Made by a program: the position numbers and the translations under genes. Of a stretch of 64,000 nt of DNA, positions 47,145 to 60,923 are shown one piece after another. Origin of the DNA: Callorhinchus milii (taxonomy: Eukaryota); contig NW_024704743.1 in NCBI RefSeq assembly GCF_018977255.1, forward strand, positions 91,142,001 through 91,206,000. The letters run 5' to 3'. The notes below the pieces were generated by a model, which saw only the letters and a program-made list of their open reading frames with translations, ran no database searches and was not told the DNA's origin. Positions within the stretch are counted from its first letter, which is position 1, and each line of letters starts with the position of its first letter.

Positions 47145-48260
47145 CATAGAATGTACAGCATGGAACCCGGTCATTTAGGATGTTTATATTCCACACGAGT
47201 GAGAAACCGGTCATTTGCTGACGTTTATATTCCACATGAGTGTGTATATTCCACTCCTGCATGCAGTCCTGTAGCTCAGTGGTTACAGCAATCGTCTCTC
47301 AATTGAGAGACCCCCGCAATCGGTTTGATTCCCAGGCAGGGCAAAATGTTGGGCAACTTAGCTTACTCCACATGCCTCTGTTTACCTAGTAGTAAGGTAA
47401 GGCGGAGTCCTGTAGCTCAGTGGTTAGTGGAATCCTGTAGCTCAGTGGTTAGAGCACTCGCTTTGCAAGGTTGGGCAAGTTTCCTTACTCCACACATCTA
47501 ATAATAATCCCTCCAAAAACAAACAAAAAAAAATTGGTCATTTTCAATCTACGACTGTTTGTGGGACACTGCTGTGTGCAATTGGCTGCCACGTTCGCAC
47601 ACAAATATGCAGTCAATTCACTTTACAGTATATTCTGTGAAGCGCTTTGGGACGTCTAGAAGACATGAAAAGCGCTATATAAAATGCAAGGATTATTATT
47701 ATTAGTAGTAAGTAGGAACCTGGTTGTTAGTCGATTGGCAGATTGCTTTTCCAGGACAAATAATTCTTTTAAAAAAAACTGAATCCATGACTGTTCATGG
47801 GACACTGCTGTGCGCAATTAGCTGCTGTGTTTCACTCACAAAATATAGAGTCAATTTACAGCATATTCTGTGAAGTGCTTTGAGACATTGAGGACGTGAA
47901 AAGGCTCTAGATCAAATGCAAGTATTATTATTTTCCTCTACCCGTCTATTCCATTCTCCCTCATGTACGCATCAAGTTTTCTCTTAACTACTTTGATTTT
48001 TTTGCTTGAACCACAAATTCTAGCAGTGAGTTCCACATTCTCACCACCGTCTGCGTGAAGAAGTTCTTTCTAAACTCCCCATTGGTTCTACTACTTACTA
48101 CCTTTTTATGCTCTAGTTTTGGACTCACCAAAAAGTGGAAACAGTATCAACATTCCCTTTGTTAAATTACTTTCATAATGTTTAACACATCTATCAGGGT
48201 CCCCTCTCAGTCGACTCAACTTTAGAGAGAAAAGCTGCAATCTTTCTTGATGAGGTATCC
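47145..48260 (-). mobile_element. Old CR1 3' end hosting a long SINE (47265-47932), which itself hosts a short SINE (47397-47702)
   Basis: CR1 tail CATAGAA at about 47145 and FTQTVVRMWNSL-like ORF2 end near 48030-48065; SINE motifs in between. Confidence 0.75.
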
Positions 48261-49387
48261 ACTCATTCTCTATCCAATTCTACATATCCTTGCTTGTGTT
48301 CTGGTCCCAAGAGTAACTGGAAAACAAATAAGCTATTTTATTTTTTTCTAAAAAGTGAAAGACAGTTCTAAAATAAAATTAAAATCATAATAGGAGGGAG
48401 AGAGAATGGTGACAAAATAGGAAAGAGAGAAACCAAAGCTATTTTATTTCTAAACATTTATTATAGTTTAAAGGAGCTAATTTACGATCAAGACATTTGT
48501 TCTCTACGTGTGAATAGTAGTACAATAATGTTCGCACTATTTATATTTGCCTACAAAAAAAGTCACCACACTTTACAGGAAATCCTATAGTGTTTTGATG
48601 TGATAGCTGCTATATCAAACGAAAGGTTTAGTATTATAATAACTTTTAAGATTTGCAGTATCATCTTGAGCTAAAACCTCAAAACACAAGAAACTCCAGA
48701 AAGGCTGGAATTATCTGGCTCTACCAGCTTTCTAAGGGTTAAAATGCACTACTTTCATAAAGCTTTTAGAGACTTGGCATAAGAAATCAATGTTGTGGGA
48801 ACTTCCATCGTTTAACAGTAAAACAATTAAATGTGGATGTACCAGCTACCTCTGTTAATATTTAGAAACAGATTGACCTGGATAAGAGTTGCGTAACAGC
48901 TGTGAAAAGGGGAAAGGCACACATGAAAAAGGGAGTAGCTGTTCAGGACTGTCCAGCAACATTCGTCCATTCAGTGTCCCAATAAGATAACGCTATCATT
49001 GCTGTGCACAAGCTGTGGGTATATACCATTTAAAACCACACCCTTGGAACACAGAAATAAATATTTTGTTCATTTGGTATGCAGAGATGCACTGAGAGAA
49101 AAAAACATTATTTGAACAAGTATAGGGGTTTGTTTTTGACACACTGTTTAAAATTTACACCTCAACACTGTTATTGGTATTTATAATTGGTAATTTTGCT
49201 GTTTGTCCTTTCCCACTAAGCATTTCAAATATTTTCTGCTAAACAAAATTCAGGTTGCTATTAATTTACTAATTATTATTGTGTTATTTATATAGAGATG
49301 CTAATTGAATCTTCACCACGAAGAGTAGACTGCCCTAGATTTATTAACTTGTGCTAGAGTGAGAATATCAGTGGTAATAAAAGGATA

Positions 49388-50017
49388 CAACAACATTACA
49401 TTTGTTTTACGTCGGGAGGATGTCCCAAGGCGCTGGACAGTGTACAGCATTTCAGACCCGAGCTGGGGTCAGGGAGGGAGAAGGGAGGGGAAGGGGCTGA
49501 CTGATGGCATGGTCAAAGAGGAGGGTTTTGAGGTGGGGCTTGAAGGAGGCTGAGGGGGCGAGGCAGTGATTGGGGGATGGAATTCCAGAGGTTGGGGGCA
49601 GAGTGGCTGAAGACTTCTAAGGGTGGGACGGGTGGGTCGGGAGACGTGGAGCAGGCCAGAGCCGGCTAAGTGGAGGGAGCGGGCAGGTTGGTAGGGGGTT
49701 AGGTGTCGCAGAGGTAGGGTGGGGCGAGGCCTTGGAGGGCTTTGGAGGTGAGGACCAGGATCTTGAACTGGATCCTCTGAAGGATAGGGAGCCAGTGGAG
49801 TCGGGTGAGAGTGGGGGAGATGGGGTCATGGAGTTTAGTCCGGGAGAGCACACGGGCTGCAGAGTTCTGGGTTATCTGCAGCCTGCGGAAGGAGTTGGGA
49901 AGGCCGACAAGCAGGGAGGGTGTTTGCATAGTCGAGCCTGGAAGTGATGAAGGCATGAACAAGAGTTTCAGTGGCCTGAGGGGTGAGGTAGTGGCGGAGT
50001 CGGGCGATGTTACGGAG
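49388..50017 (-). mobile_element. L2 LINE 3' fragment, abutting the 5' end of a CR1
   Basis: QNSAARVLSRTKLHDPISPTLTRLHWLPILQRIQFK plus L2 tail. Confidence 0.9.
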
Positions 50018-51987
50018 ATTAACTGTTGTAAATGCTCAACACTGGTTATAACTGAGGATAGCAAAGCGCATTATAGAGAATGCAGGAGTGATCTTAAAAG
50101 AGTGATAAGACAGGCTAAAAGATCGCATGAGAAGAGATTAGCAGGTAACAAAGGAATCCTAAAATATTTTACAAGCACATAAAGGAAAAAAGGTTAGTTA
50201 AAGGTAGGGTGGGGCCAATCAAAGACAATGACGGCAATCTTGTTGCGGAGGCAGAGGGCATAGCTGATGTACTGAACGAGTAGTTTGCATCTGTCTTCAC
50301 AACGGAAATGGATGCCCCAAATGCCGCAGTATTGGATGAGAAGGTAGAGGAAATAGATCAGATTACTATAGACAAGAGAGGAAGTTCTGAAAAGATTGAC
50401 TGGGCTCAAAATTGATAAGTCACCAGGACCAGATGGGTTTCACCCAAGGTTGCTGTGGGAGATACGGGTTCAAATAGCGGAGGCTTTGGCCATTATATTT
50501 CAATCTTCATTGGACACAGGAGTGGTGCCAAGAGACTGGAGAGTGGCTAATGTTACCCCCTCTACAAAAAGGGGCAGAAAGACAAACCCGGAAATTACAG
50601 GCCAGTCAGCCTAACTTCGGTAATAGGAAAACTACTGGAGACCATAATCCGGGACAGAATAAATCTCTACTTAGAGGAACACGAGGTAATTAGAGACAAC
50701 CAACATGGATTTGTTAAAGGCAAATCTTGCCTAACAAATCTAATAGAATTTTTTGAAGAGGTGACTGCGAGGGTTGATGAGGGAAATGCGGTGGACGTTA
50801 TTTACATGGATTTCAAAAAGGCTTTTGACACAGTACCGCATAAGAGATTAATAAAAAAATTAGAGGCCCACGGTATTAAGGGGACAGTGGCAGTTTGGAT
50901 TAAGAACTGGCTGAGTGACAGAAAGCAGAGGGTGGTGGTTAATGGGTGTTTCTCGAAATGGAAGGAGGTGTGCAGCGGTGTCCCCCAGGGATCGGTATTG
51001 GGACCACTGCTCTTTCTAATATATATTAATGATCTGGACTTGGGCATAGAGAGCACTATTTCCAAGTTTGCAGATGATACAAAGTTAGGTAGGGTAGTAA
51101 ATAGTGAGGAGGACTGTAACCAACTGCAAGCAGACATACACAGAATGGTGGAATGGGCTGACATGTGGCAGATGGATTTCAATGTGGATAAGTGTGAGGT
51201 GATACACTTAGGTAGGAAAAATGATAGGAGGCAATATAGACTTGGTAGCTCAATCTTAAGGGGGTGAACGTACAGAGAGATCTGGGTGTTCAAGTAAGCA
51301 AATCATTAAAGGTAGCGGGGCAGGTAGATAAGGCAGTAAAAAAGGCATTTGGTGTACTGAGCTTTATTAGTAGGGGCATAGAGTATAAGAGTAGGGAGGT
51401 TATGGTTAATCTATACAAAACACTGGTTAGGCCTCAGCTGGAGTACTGCGTCCAGTTCTGGGCACCTTACTTCAGGAAGGACATTAAGGCACTGGAAAGG
51501 GTGCAGAGGAGATTCACGAGAATGATACCAGGAATGGGGAACCTTAGCTATGAGGACAGGCTGGAGAAGTTAGGACTTTTCCCATTAGAGCAGAGAAGGT
51601 TACGCGGGGACCTGATAGAGGTCTTCAAGATCATGAAAGGTTTCGACAGGCTAGATAGGGAAAAGCTGTTTCCGCTGGTAGGTGTGTCTGTGACCCGTGG
51701 TCACAGTCTTAAGATATCTACCAAAAGAAGCAGAGGGGAGGTTAGAAGAAATGTTTTCACTCAGCGAGTTGTTCGAATTTGGAATGATCTGCCTGAAAGG
51801 GTAGTGAAGTCCGATTTGATAACAGCTTTTAAGAGAGAACTGGATAGGTATCTGGGGAAGACAGGTTTGCAGGGTTATGGGGAGAAAGTTGGTGAGTGGG
51901 GTTAATAAAAGCCAGTTGCTCTGTCAAAGAGCCGGCACAGACTCGATGGGCTAAATGGCCTTCTTCTGTGCCATAACATTCTATGAA
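50018..51987 (+). mobile_element. CR1 LINE, 5'-truncated ORF2 with a stop and frameshifts, plus 3' tail
   Basis: [79 protein letters not shown]; in-frame TAG at 50281; tail ...CTTCTGTGCCATAACATTCTATGA. Confidence 0.95.
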
Positions 51988-52934
51988 TAACTGTTCTAGG
52001 TAAAATAATCTGAAACACTATTTTTACATCGTTCATGTGGCTCACAATTAAAACTGCTTAATTTTTGTAAAGCTAGTGCCCTGTGTAAAATGTGTAGTCC
52101 CAAATTATATGTGTGGCTCAGTGGAAGCACTCTCACCTGAGTTAGAAGGTTGTGGGTTTAAGCCCCATGTGGAGACTTGCAATCACAGTGTCCGAGATGG
52201 CACTCCAATGTAGTGCTGGGGTGTATTGCATTGTCGGAGGTCCTGCCTGCCTGTTCCGATGGCCATTAAGGATCCCATGGCATTTATCGAAAAAAGGGAG
52301 TGTCTCCGGACCAACAAATCCCCAAAATAAAATTGGTCACTGATGCCAGACCTGTTTGTTGGATATTGCTGTGTACAAACTGGCTGCTGCATTTCACCCA
52401 CAAATGCACAGTGCAAAGTACTTTACAGTATATCCTGTGAAACGCTGAGATGTCTCGACGACAAAAGTCACTATCGAATGCAAGGATTATTATTTTAAAT
52501 TCTAGATGTAATTCCTGGTTCTGAAACTACAGAACTCTATTCCTCAATACCTCAGTCTTATCTCCTCCTTCCCCATCTTCAGATCACATCTGAAGACCTT
52601 CCTCTTCGACCAAGAACTGCTTTGTTCAATTTATATACCACTTTTACACAGATCTGCAGTGCTACCTAGTGGTGAAGTACAAAAGCTTAAATTTTTAAAT
52701 TTATTTATAGGTGTTCTGTGCTAATATCAAGTTATTTAGGTCAGGGCAGCATCACAGTTTTGAATGTGGATTCAAGAACACCAACACCACGTCTATAAAC
52801 ACATCTCATTCACTAGTTAGCAATCCTAGACCCAGCAAGTAGCTCAATCTGGATTCTAGCACTCTGACTTGTCAGTCACACAATTGGAATTCTTATGGAA
52901 AACATTACAAGACTAGAGCTGAGACACTTGATGC

Positions 52935-53920
52935 TTTAATCCTTTTTGCCTTTTTTAACAAACAAACTTTGGTCAATATAAAAACTGAATGAAACAAAGA
53001 GTCTAAACTAAAGGCACTCCAAGGAATGCTATTATCTACTTATATAGAATACAAATTGCAAACATGTCATCAAAGATGCACAAGTTCCAATCTGGCTCAA
53101 GTAGAATTATCTACATTGTGTTAAATGTTCATTCAAAAACATTTAATGTTAGAGACAAGACATATTTGACATTATTTGCATAATTTACCAATAATTCAAC
53201 TTTTTTTATATTTTGATCTTCACAGTGGTCAGTTACAGTGACTATACCAGTAGGTTTTAGTACATACTTGGAAGACATTGGAATAGTATGCAGTTAAGCA
53301 GAATACCAATTACTGTTATGGATAACTTTTCTTGTTTCACATTTTGCCTCCAATTTAGAAAGCATGTTGGAATGACAAGAGAAATGTACAGCAAAACTGG
53401 TCTAAAGTCCATCTATTAAAGAGGCAGGCTCTATATAGTGAAAACGACGCATTACGAGAATGCTTGAAATGAAATCTAAAGTTTGTGATCTGAAAGAGAA
53501 CACTCCTAAAGTGCAAGAACAAAAAAGCACTTAAAATGTTTTTAGAGTGCAGATATAAAAAAATCAAAGTTCTCTTCCAATCCCTCAAAAAGGCAGTCAA
53601 TTATATTAGGTGAATTAAGTACTTTTTGTTTCAATACTACTAAGATTATTTGTGGCAGTATCATCGCAATGTGGGGCAGGGTGTGAGGAACAGTCTAGGA
53701 TGGCTTACATACTACGATTATGCAACAAACTTAATCGTTATAGAAGAAGTCATGAGGATGTGGACTTGTGAGGAAAATAATTTACAAACTGAAATCTTGC
53801 AATTCTTGTCCACCAGAATGCTGCAAGAGCATGTCAAAAGACGGGAATGATGTAGTCTATGAAGGCTGAAATGGTGGACCCGAGGTAGATATGACTGCTC
53901 AGGGATGCTGGTCATATGGG
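52935..53920 (-). promoter_or_regulatory. E2F5: Probable E2F5 3' UTR with miRNA seed matches and a candidate ATTAAA poly(A) signal
   Basis: About 1 kb of repeat-free AT-rich sequence after the stop; ATTAAA at 52940-52935; seed matches listed under findings. Confidence 0.6.
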
Positions 53921-54036
53921 TTAAAACCGATAATTCAGAATCTGTACATCAAAAAGATCACAGACACCTTCATTTTCATCCAGGTTGAAACTGTATTCAT
54001 CAGCCGGAGGAGGGGAAAGCCGAAGTAGAGGAAACA
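53921..54036 (-). CDS. E2F5: E2F5 last coding exon
   Basis: [41 protein letters not shown] (Rb-family binding motif). Confidence 0.96.
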
Positions 54037-54450
54037 CTGTAGAATAAAGTAAAAGCTCATTATCAGGGGGAAATAACCAATTCAAACAAAATGCAATAAT
54101 GATCTGATGTACTCTTAAATTTGTCGTTTAATTCTGCAGTATGAGAAACTATCTGATCAGTAAGCTAACTTCAGATAAAACTTCAGTTGCTTCATAGTCT
54201 CCAAATATTGTTAGAATATTTAAAGAATTGCATATTATGCAAAAAATTATCATAGAAATACTTATTGCACATTATCCTACTCATTTAGTATCTAGAATTT
54301 TCCCCATAATGGACGTAAACTAAGCAGACTATTTTATTCAGTGTGAACAGGTGAAGGAGGAACAGGTAGAATAATAAGTAATGCAGTGAACAGTTTGGTC
54401 CACACATTATAACTAGGAAGGTCCCGAGTTCTTATATGTTGAACTTATAT

Positions 54451-54811
54451 GGAGTCCTGTAGCTTAGTGGTTAGAGCGTTCGCCTCGCAAGCAAGGACCT
54501 GGGTTCGATTTTCGGGCAGGGCGAAATGTTGGGCAAGTTTCCTTACTCCACACTCCTGTTTACCTAGCAGTAAGTAGGAACCCGGTTGTTAGTTGATTGG
54601 TGGATCGCTTTTCCGGGGATGAAAATCCCTCAAAAATAATTGGGTCACTCAATTCACTGGTGTTTGTGGGACACTGCTGTGTCCAATTGGCTGCCGCATT
54701 TTGCCCACAAATTATACAGTCAATTCACTTTATAGTATATATTGGGAAGTGCTTTGAGATGTCTTGAAGACGTGATAAGGCGCTATATTAAATGCAAGAT
54801 TATTAATATTA
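54451..54811 (+). mobile_element. Deu SINE, long subfamily
   Basis: Head with GGTTCGATT B box, long segment, Deu core and tail. Confidence 0.9.
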
Positions 54812-55921
54812 TCTTTGCTGCATAAATCACTCTTTGGTTGTGGTCAGATTCTATGATGCACAACAGCAGTTCAGTATGCATGTTTTCACAGCTGTTACGC
54901 AACTAATTCCACACCTTGCAGCCACAACTTGACTTCTGCATCAAAGCACTTTGTTTATTGGATGTGTGGATAAACACACATTTACATTTGTATTCAATAA
55001 TATTTACATCTATACAGTGCCTTTCACGTCAAGAGAGTCTCTCTCTCTCTAATCTTGAACTCATCTGGACAGGGTCTGTCCACCTCACTGTCTGTCAGTC
55101 ACACTAATAGAACAATTTGCATTTATATAGAATAGAATATAAAGAATAGTGATCCTGGATACTAAAAAAAATCCTGACATTGCAGTCCAATTTGATGTCG
55201 GTTTTGAAGCCTGATATCAATAGATACTCAACGGACGGTTGGATAGTATTCTACTACACCTGAGAATACAGGAGTCTTTGCCATTATCCCAGCTAACAAT
55301 CTTCTGAATAAAGATAAACTGGTCATTCGTCTCATGGTTGTCTGTGGGACATTGTTGTATACAAACTGACTACCATAATGGCCTAGAAAAACGGACACAA
55401 GACTCAACAGTACTCACCTCTAAAGGGCTTTTGTCTTATAGACGCAAAATCAAATGCAAGGATTATTATTTATCATAAATGCATAACGGAAACATAATCC
55501 CGCACGTGAAGTTGTTGAATGAGATTTTATTCCAGTTAGAAACCTGCAGGCTACACCCTGTTGAACAAACTTCACTATACAGCGGGTCCCTTTTAACACA
55601 TCATGCATTCCTGTCTTCAACCGGCTAACTGCCTACGCATAGCGCACAGGAAGTGACATTAGCAGCAATCTGATGACCCAGAAGAGCTGATGGCAGCTTG
55701 TTTTTTTAGCATGCCTAGATTCAACACAGGATCTTAGTGCATGGACTCAAACCATCACATTATACTGGGGTTGGCCTCTGTACAATTAATTTAGAATTCT
55801 TCAGTTTGCCACTCATGGAACAATCTAAAGTACTATTGCATTTGCACTGCACAAGATGAACATTTACCAGTAAATGGTTCCAGATTGCTATCTACATGGA
55901 GTTTCCACAAGCAATAAAAGC

Positions 55922-56090
55922 AAAGTTGGAAATGCACAGCAGGTCATCGGCATCTGGAAGAGAAAGATAGGTTAACCTTTAGAGAGTGACCGTTCACCAG
56001 AACTCCGATGAAGGATCACAGTCAAAACATTAACCTACCTCTTCATCGTTCACATGCTGATCGACCTGCTGGGCAATTCCAGCATTTTCC
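55922..56090. mobile_element. Short fold-back repeat of the same Penelope-type terminal family
   Basis: About 75-bp imperfect inverted arms (CAGCAGGTC...GGTTAA / TTAACC...GACCTGCTG). Confidence 0.65.
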
Positions 56091-58223
56091 GTGGTGTTTA
56101 TCATTCGTAGCTTTTCTTTTTAGCTTTTTATTTTCTGTCAAACAATAATCTGTGGTTAACACCTGCTGGGGAAACTAAGCCTTTCGGGACACTAAGCTGT
56201 TTCACCCAAGCCTCGGGGGATGGGGGGTGGGGGGGAGAAGAGACAGGACAGAGACATTTTAAATGTTTAATTTGCAGTCTGTCTGAAGTAATTATCAGAC
56301 AATCTTCCATTTTTACTCCAGAAAACCTGTACAGATGAAGACGATTTTAAGTACATGGAACTAGAAACGCTGGCAAAGAGAGCCATTTATCCTCGAGCCA
56401 CTGGAAACATCAGCAAATGAGTTCAGCTTTAGATGGGTTGTTGTAAGAGTGCAGGTAGACAGTGTTCCAGGGATGGAAAAAAAATTATCTTAGCAATGGA
56501 TCTCAGATTTGAAGAAAACAGACATGATGGGTCAAATGGTCTTGTTCTGTGCTAAAAGATTGTTCAATTCTAAACTAGCAGTTAAACTGAACACTATAAT
56601 TGTGGTCTAGCTGATTAAGCAAAGTTTCCTTACTCCAAACTCCTGTTTACCTAGCATTAAGTAGGAACCCGGTTGTTAGTCGATTGGCGGATTGCTTTTC
56701 CGGGGATAATAATCCCTCAAAATAATTTGGTCACTCAATCCACGACTGTTTGTGGAACACTGCTGTGCGCAATTGCCTGCAGCATTTCGCCCACAAATAT
56801 ACAGTCAATTTTCTTTACAGTATATTCTGTGAAGCACTTTGAGACATCTAGAAGATGTAAAAAGCACTATATCAAATGCAAGGATTATTATATTATTAAA
56901 TACAATTAATTAGAATATTGTTTACATCTCACAGAGAAAAAACAAAAGCAAATGGATCCTTAAACGAATTATGACCCACAGTGAAGCAATCTCATTGCTT
57001 TGGATATATGTCTTGCTCTGCTCCAAGTTTTGAGCAAATCTTCCAATTACCTTCCAAGACAGAGGAAACAAATTTTGTGTCTGGAGTTGAGTAGTTCAGT
57101 AAAACCCAGTCTTATGTTGTTTGGCATGTGCTCAGGACGGAGCTCAAACCCAATCATACCTTTGTTAAAATCTCTTGCCACTTTCACTCACTTCAGGAAA
57201 ACCATGGCACGAATATTTTTTTATCCACCTCCAATGCACAATGAAGAGAGCATTTTTAAACAACATGTACACAGCTTTTCTTGTATACATGACAAAAGAT
57301 TTAAGTTAGGCAGTCTATTTCTTTGGGAAATTAGATTTTAATGCAGCATCTTGCATTTTATACAAATGTAATCTTGTTGTTTTTGTTTATTTTAGATTTT
57401 AATGCACATCCCCTACCAAACAAAAGTTCGCAATTTGGGTAGTTGAATGCATCTTCTGAAGGTGGAGATGACCCACAACAGGGAATGGATGACCTCTACT
57501 TGTGCAGAGCTCACTTAATGGATAAAATGCACTTATATCGGCTCTTTCCTGTGGGATAATGTCTCCAAGCACTTCATAAAGAATGATGTGAATCATCCAT
57601 TAAAGTGAGAATGATAGAAGAGTTAGTGTGACCAAAGAGGTAGGTTTTTAAGATGATTGAAGATAGGGAGAGAAGATGAAGGAGTGAATGGGTTTTGGGG
57701 GAGTTCCAGTCAAATACGTAGACAGTTTGTCGCAAGGCCACCTCTCAAGGCAACAGAGATAAAAATGTATTCTTTCACTGAGCATTCCTGTCTTTACTTA
57801 AGTGTTTATGTTATGCGCTAGCATGGTCTGAAATTGCAAGTGCTCACAGACCAAAGTACCATTTACTGTACTCATTGGATATGTATGGAGTGTTGAACAA
57901 ATGGGGAAGAACTGACATTAAGCATAGCAGGTCAGGTCTTCCTAACTCTTTGAAAATACTTCAAATACATCTTTTATTTCATTTCTTGACTTAACAGAAC
58001 AAAGCTGCACTGAAGATCAGTTACAGTATTTTTTTCTGCTGCCTAATCCAGTCAAAAATCTCATGTGTGTCTGAATGCAATTTATGCACAATAGAGTGAG
58101 CAAAGATCATTTAGGCAACTTTAGGTTTGACTGTGAGATGATGGCCATGTGGAGTGTTAACTTCATTTAAAGTTTGCAGAAGAATATACCCATAGGAAGT
58201 AATTGAACATTGGAAAAACTTAC

Positions 58224-58268
58224 CATCTGATGACATAAATTCATCCATAATATCCCCATCTATTGCTC
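58224..58268 (-). CDS. E2F5: E2F5 45-nt exon
   Basis: GAIDGDIMDEFMSSD, TTTCAG acceptor, G|GTAAG donor. Confidence 0.92.
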
Positions 58269-59830
58269 CTGAAATAAGAAGTAATGCAATTTTATTTTGA
58301 GATTTAATTACAGGCAAATTAAGAAAAAAAATCAATTATGTGCAACTAGGTTCTCCGGTAGGTATAAATTAAATACAGAGGAACAGATTGTGCAACATTT
58401 ATTTCAAGGCATTTGCAGTCATAACACTGTTGAATACTTCAGTTGAAGTAGCGTTCAATAATGTTTTATAGTTATGAAATGATTTCCTACTTCCCCTAGA
58501 AGCTTGAGGATTTACTATAAATTATAGTGACTGTATTTGTAGCCAAGCAAGTACAGCTTATGCAGTACATTAAAAAAAGTAGTAGGTGATCCAAGGTTAT
58601 CTTCTTTCTATCATAGATGTTAAGAGAAAAGTGAAAATGTTCATCTTCGTTTTAGTTTTGAAACACAAAACAGATCGCAGGAGCTATAGTTCATGTTTTA
58701 CACATTGCCTTGTTAGAATATCATCCTATGGATGAGGCATTAAACCAAGGTCCCGTCAGCCTGTTCAAGTGGATGTTTGAAGATCCCATGGTACTATTCG
58801 AAAAAAGGGAGTTTCTCTCAAAAAATCCCCAAATAAAATTGGTCACTCACTCCATGGCTGTTTGTGAGACATTGCTGTGCACAACTGGCTGCTGCATTTC
58901 ATCCACAAAATACAGTCAAAAACTAGTTTACAATAAATCCTGTGAAGCGCTTTGAGACCTCTTGACGATGTGATAAATGCAAGGATAATTAACATTTAAT
59001 ACCAAATGACAAGTGCTGAATAATTCTCGACAGAGAACACAAAGCAAGACTGAGAAATTTAAACAGCTGGGCAGACTCCACAAAGAATGCTTCAGATTTT
59101 CTTACCACCAGAATCTTCCATCTTGGTTTGCTCATGGGAGGCTGGTGAATGTTTCAGAATGCCTCCAATATTTATTGATGGTAACGACTGTGAACCATTT
59201 GCCATTGATTCAGGTATTGATTGAGTTATTACTCTGCAATTCTCTGGTGGATATGCCATGCTTGAATAGAGGGTAATTGGTACCACGGGAGACAGCTCCA
59301 GGCCACAATCTGAATTTTGAAAGAAAGTTACACATAAAGTGCAGCAAATGAACTCAAAAGACCAGACTTTTGAGACTACTGAATTAGAGCAAAAAAAAAC
59401 ACAGCAGCGGAAAAACTTGCAAGCTACTATTATACTTCTCACAGTAGTAAAAAACATCCAATCATTTAGAACAAAGCAGAAAGCTGAAAGGTTTTGCAAT
59501 ACGCCCACCCAAATAAAATTAAGTCAGTCTGCTGTGCAAAAGGAAAACAATTGAGTGCAAGTACAACCTTTTGATTTTTTTTTAAAACTATGTATAACAT
59601 GATTATATTAAATTTTGGGGGTTTAGTTTATATTCTGAATAACTTGAATATTCAGGAAAAGCAAACACAACAGGTGGGTTATGGCAGAAACAACCTATTT
59701 AAGCAACAGCTTGATGCTGTAACAGGAAGAACGCTGGTTGGATACGCAAATTGGTATGAGATCTAGATTCATTTTTTTTGCCACCAATGTTAGCATTATC
59801 GTGATAGCTTTTTGTACAATTTAAGTAATA

Positions 59831-60512
59831 CAGTGGAATACGTCCACTTTTGCACGTCCCCGATTTATTTGTATTCTTACTCATTTTAAATATGCCTGCT
59901 AATTCGTTTGGAAATCCGGGAAAAATGTTGCACTGGTTGCCCCTGAATGTACTCTCAGGCTTTCTGTGTGTCCATTCGGCCACGAGGGGTTCCTGAATGT
60001 AGATGGGAGGAGCGGACGCCAGCCATTGACAAGCGGCTGGAGCTGGGCTGTCAATCAGTGGGGGCGGGGGGGGGGGGGGGGGGTGAAGGCAGAGGAATGG
60101 GGGAGAACAAGGGAGGGCAATTGTGACTGATTGACAGCCAAGCCGCTCATGAGTGGCTGGAGCCCAAACATTCATAAATGGCTGCAGGTTGTCAATTACC
60201 TCTAATCCGCCACTAACTGGTACCTTCCCAGCAATGGGAGGGAGGGAACGTGGCTCCAATAATGAGCGGGAAAGTACTGAACTGTATTTTGCAGCCAAAC
60301 AAAAGTAAGTATATTTTACTGAATTCTGAGAGAGTATTTTGACTTGAATTGGTTAGTTAACATTGCTTCAAGTAAAACAACTATTATAACATAAAATGAT
60401 CACATATTATACGGGGTCTCTCCTCTGCTGGGCAGCAATGATATTTCGGCTAACCTCGGACATCTCTTAACTCGGACAAAATGTCCGATCTTGATGCATC
60501 CGGCTTCCACTG
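59831..60512. mobile_element. Possible old non-autonomous pogo/Tigger-like DNA transposon
   Basis: TA-CAGTGGAA ... TTCCACTG-TA ends; only 8 bp of perfect terminal match. Confidence 0.4.
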
Positions 60513-60667
60513 TACGTCTAAACACTCCAGAAACTAATCTGCATTCTTATTCTGGACAAGATGCAAATTAGATTCTACAGCGACTACATAGAAATACCAC
60601 AACTAAAGCTGTACCTCATACTAATCACGTTTCTACATCATCTTTGATGCAATTAGCAAATATTTAC

Positions 60668-60923
60668 CAGGAGATTGCTCGGTCAATGGAACCTGTAGAA
60701 ACTGTGGTTCTTTTAAGGAGATAACTTGGTCTGAAGCCGCAGGGAACTTTTGTGGGGTCAATGCTGCTGCAAGCTCAGGCTGTAGCTGCATTAGGTCTTC
60801 TGGAGGAGGAACCGCAAACACCACTGGCTTGGAAGAGCTGGACTCCTTGTTAATGAGCAGAACACGAATAGGTCCCAACTGACTCTTCAAATTAATTTGG
60901 TACTTCTTTTGTCCATTTGGTCC
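60668..60923 (-). CDS. E2F5: E2F5 marked-box exon
   Basis: [44 protein letters not shown]...; AAG acceptor, G|GTAAAT donor. Confidence 0.95.

Noticed and set aside
59699..60298. 199-aa minus-strand ORF with a poly-Pro run inside an E2F5 intron
   Set aside because: Poly-Pro comes from the G-tract, and the flanking E2F5 exons already join in frame without it
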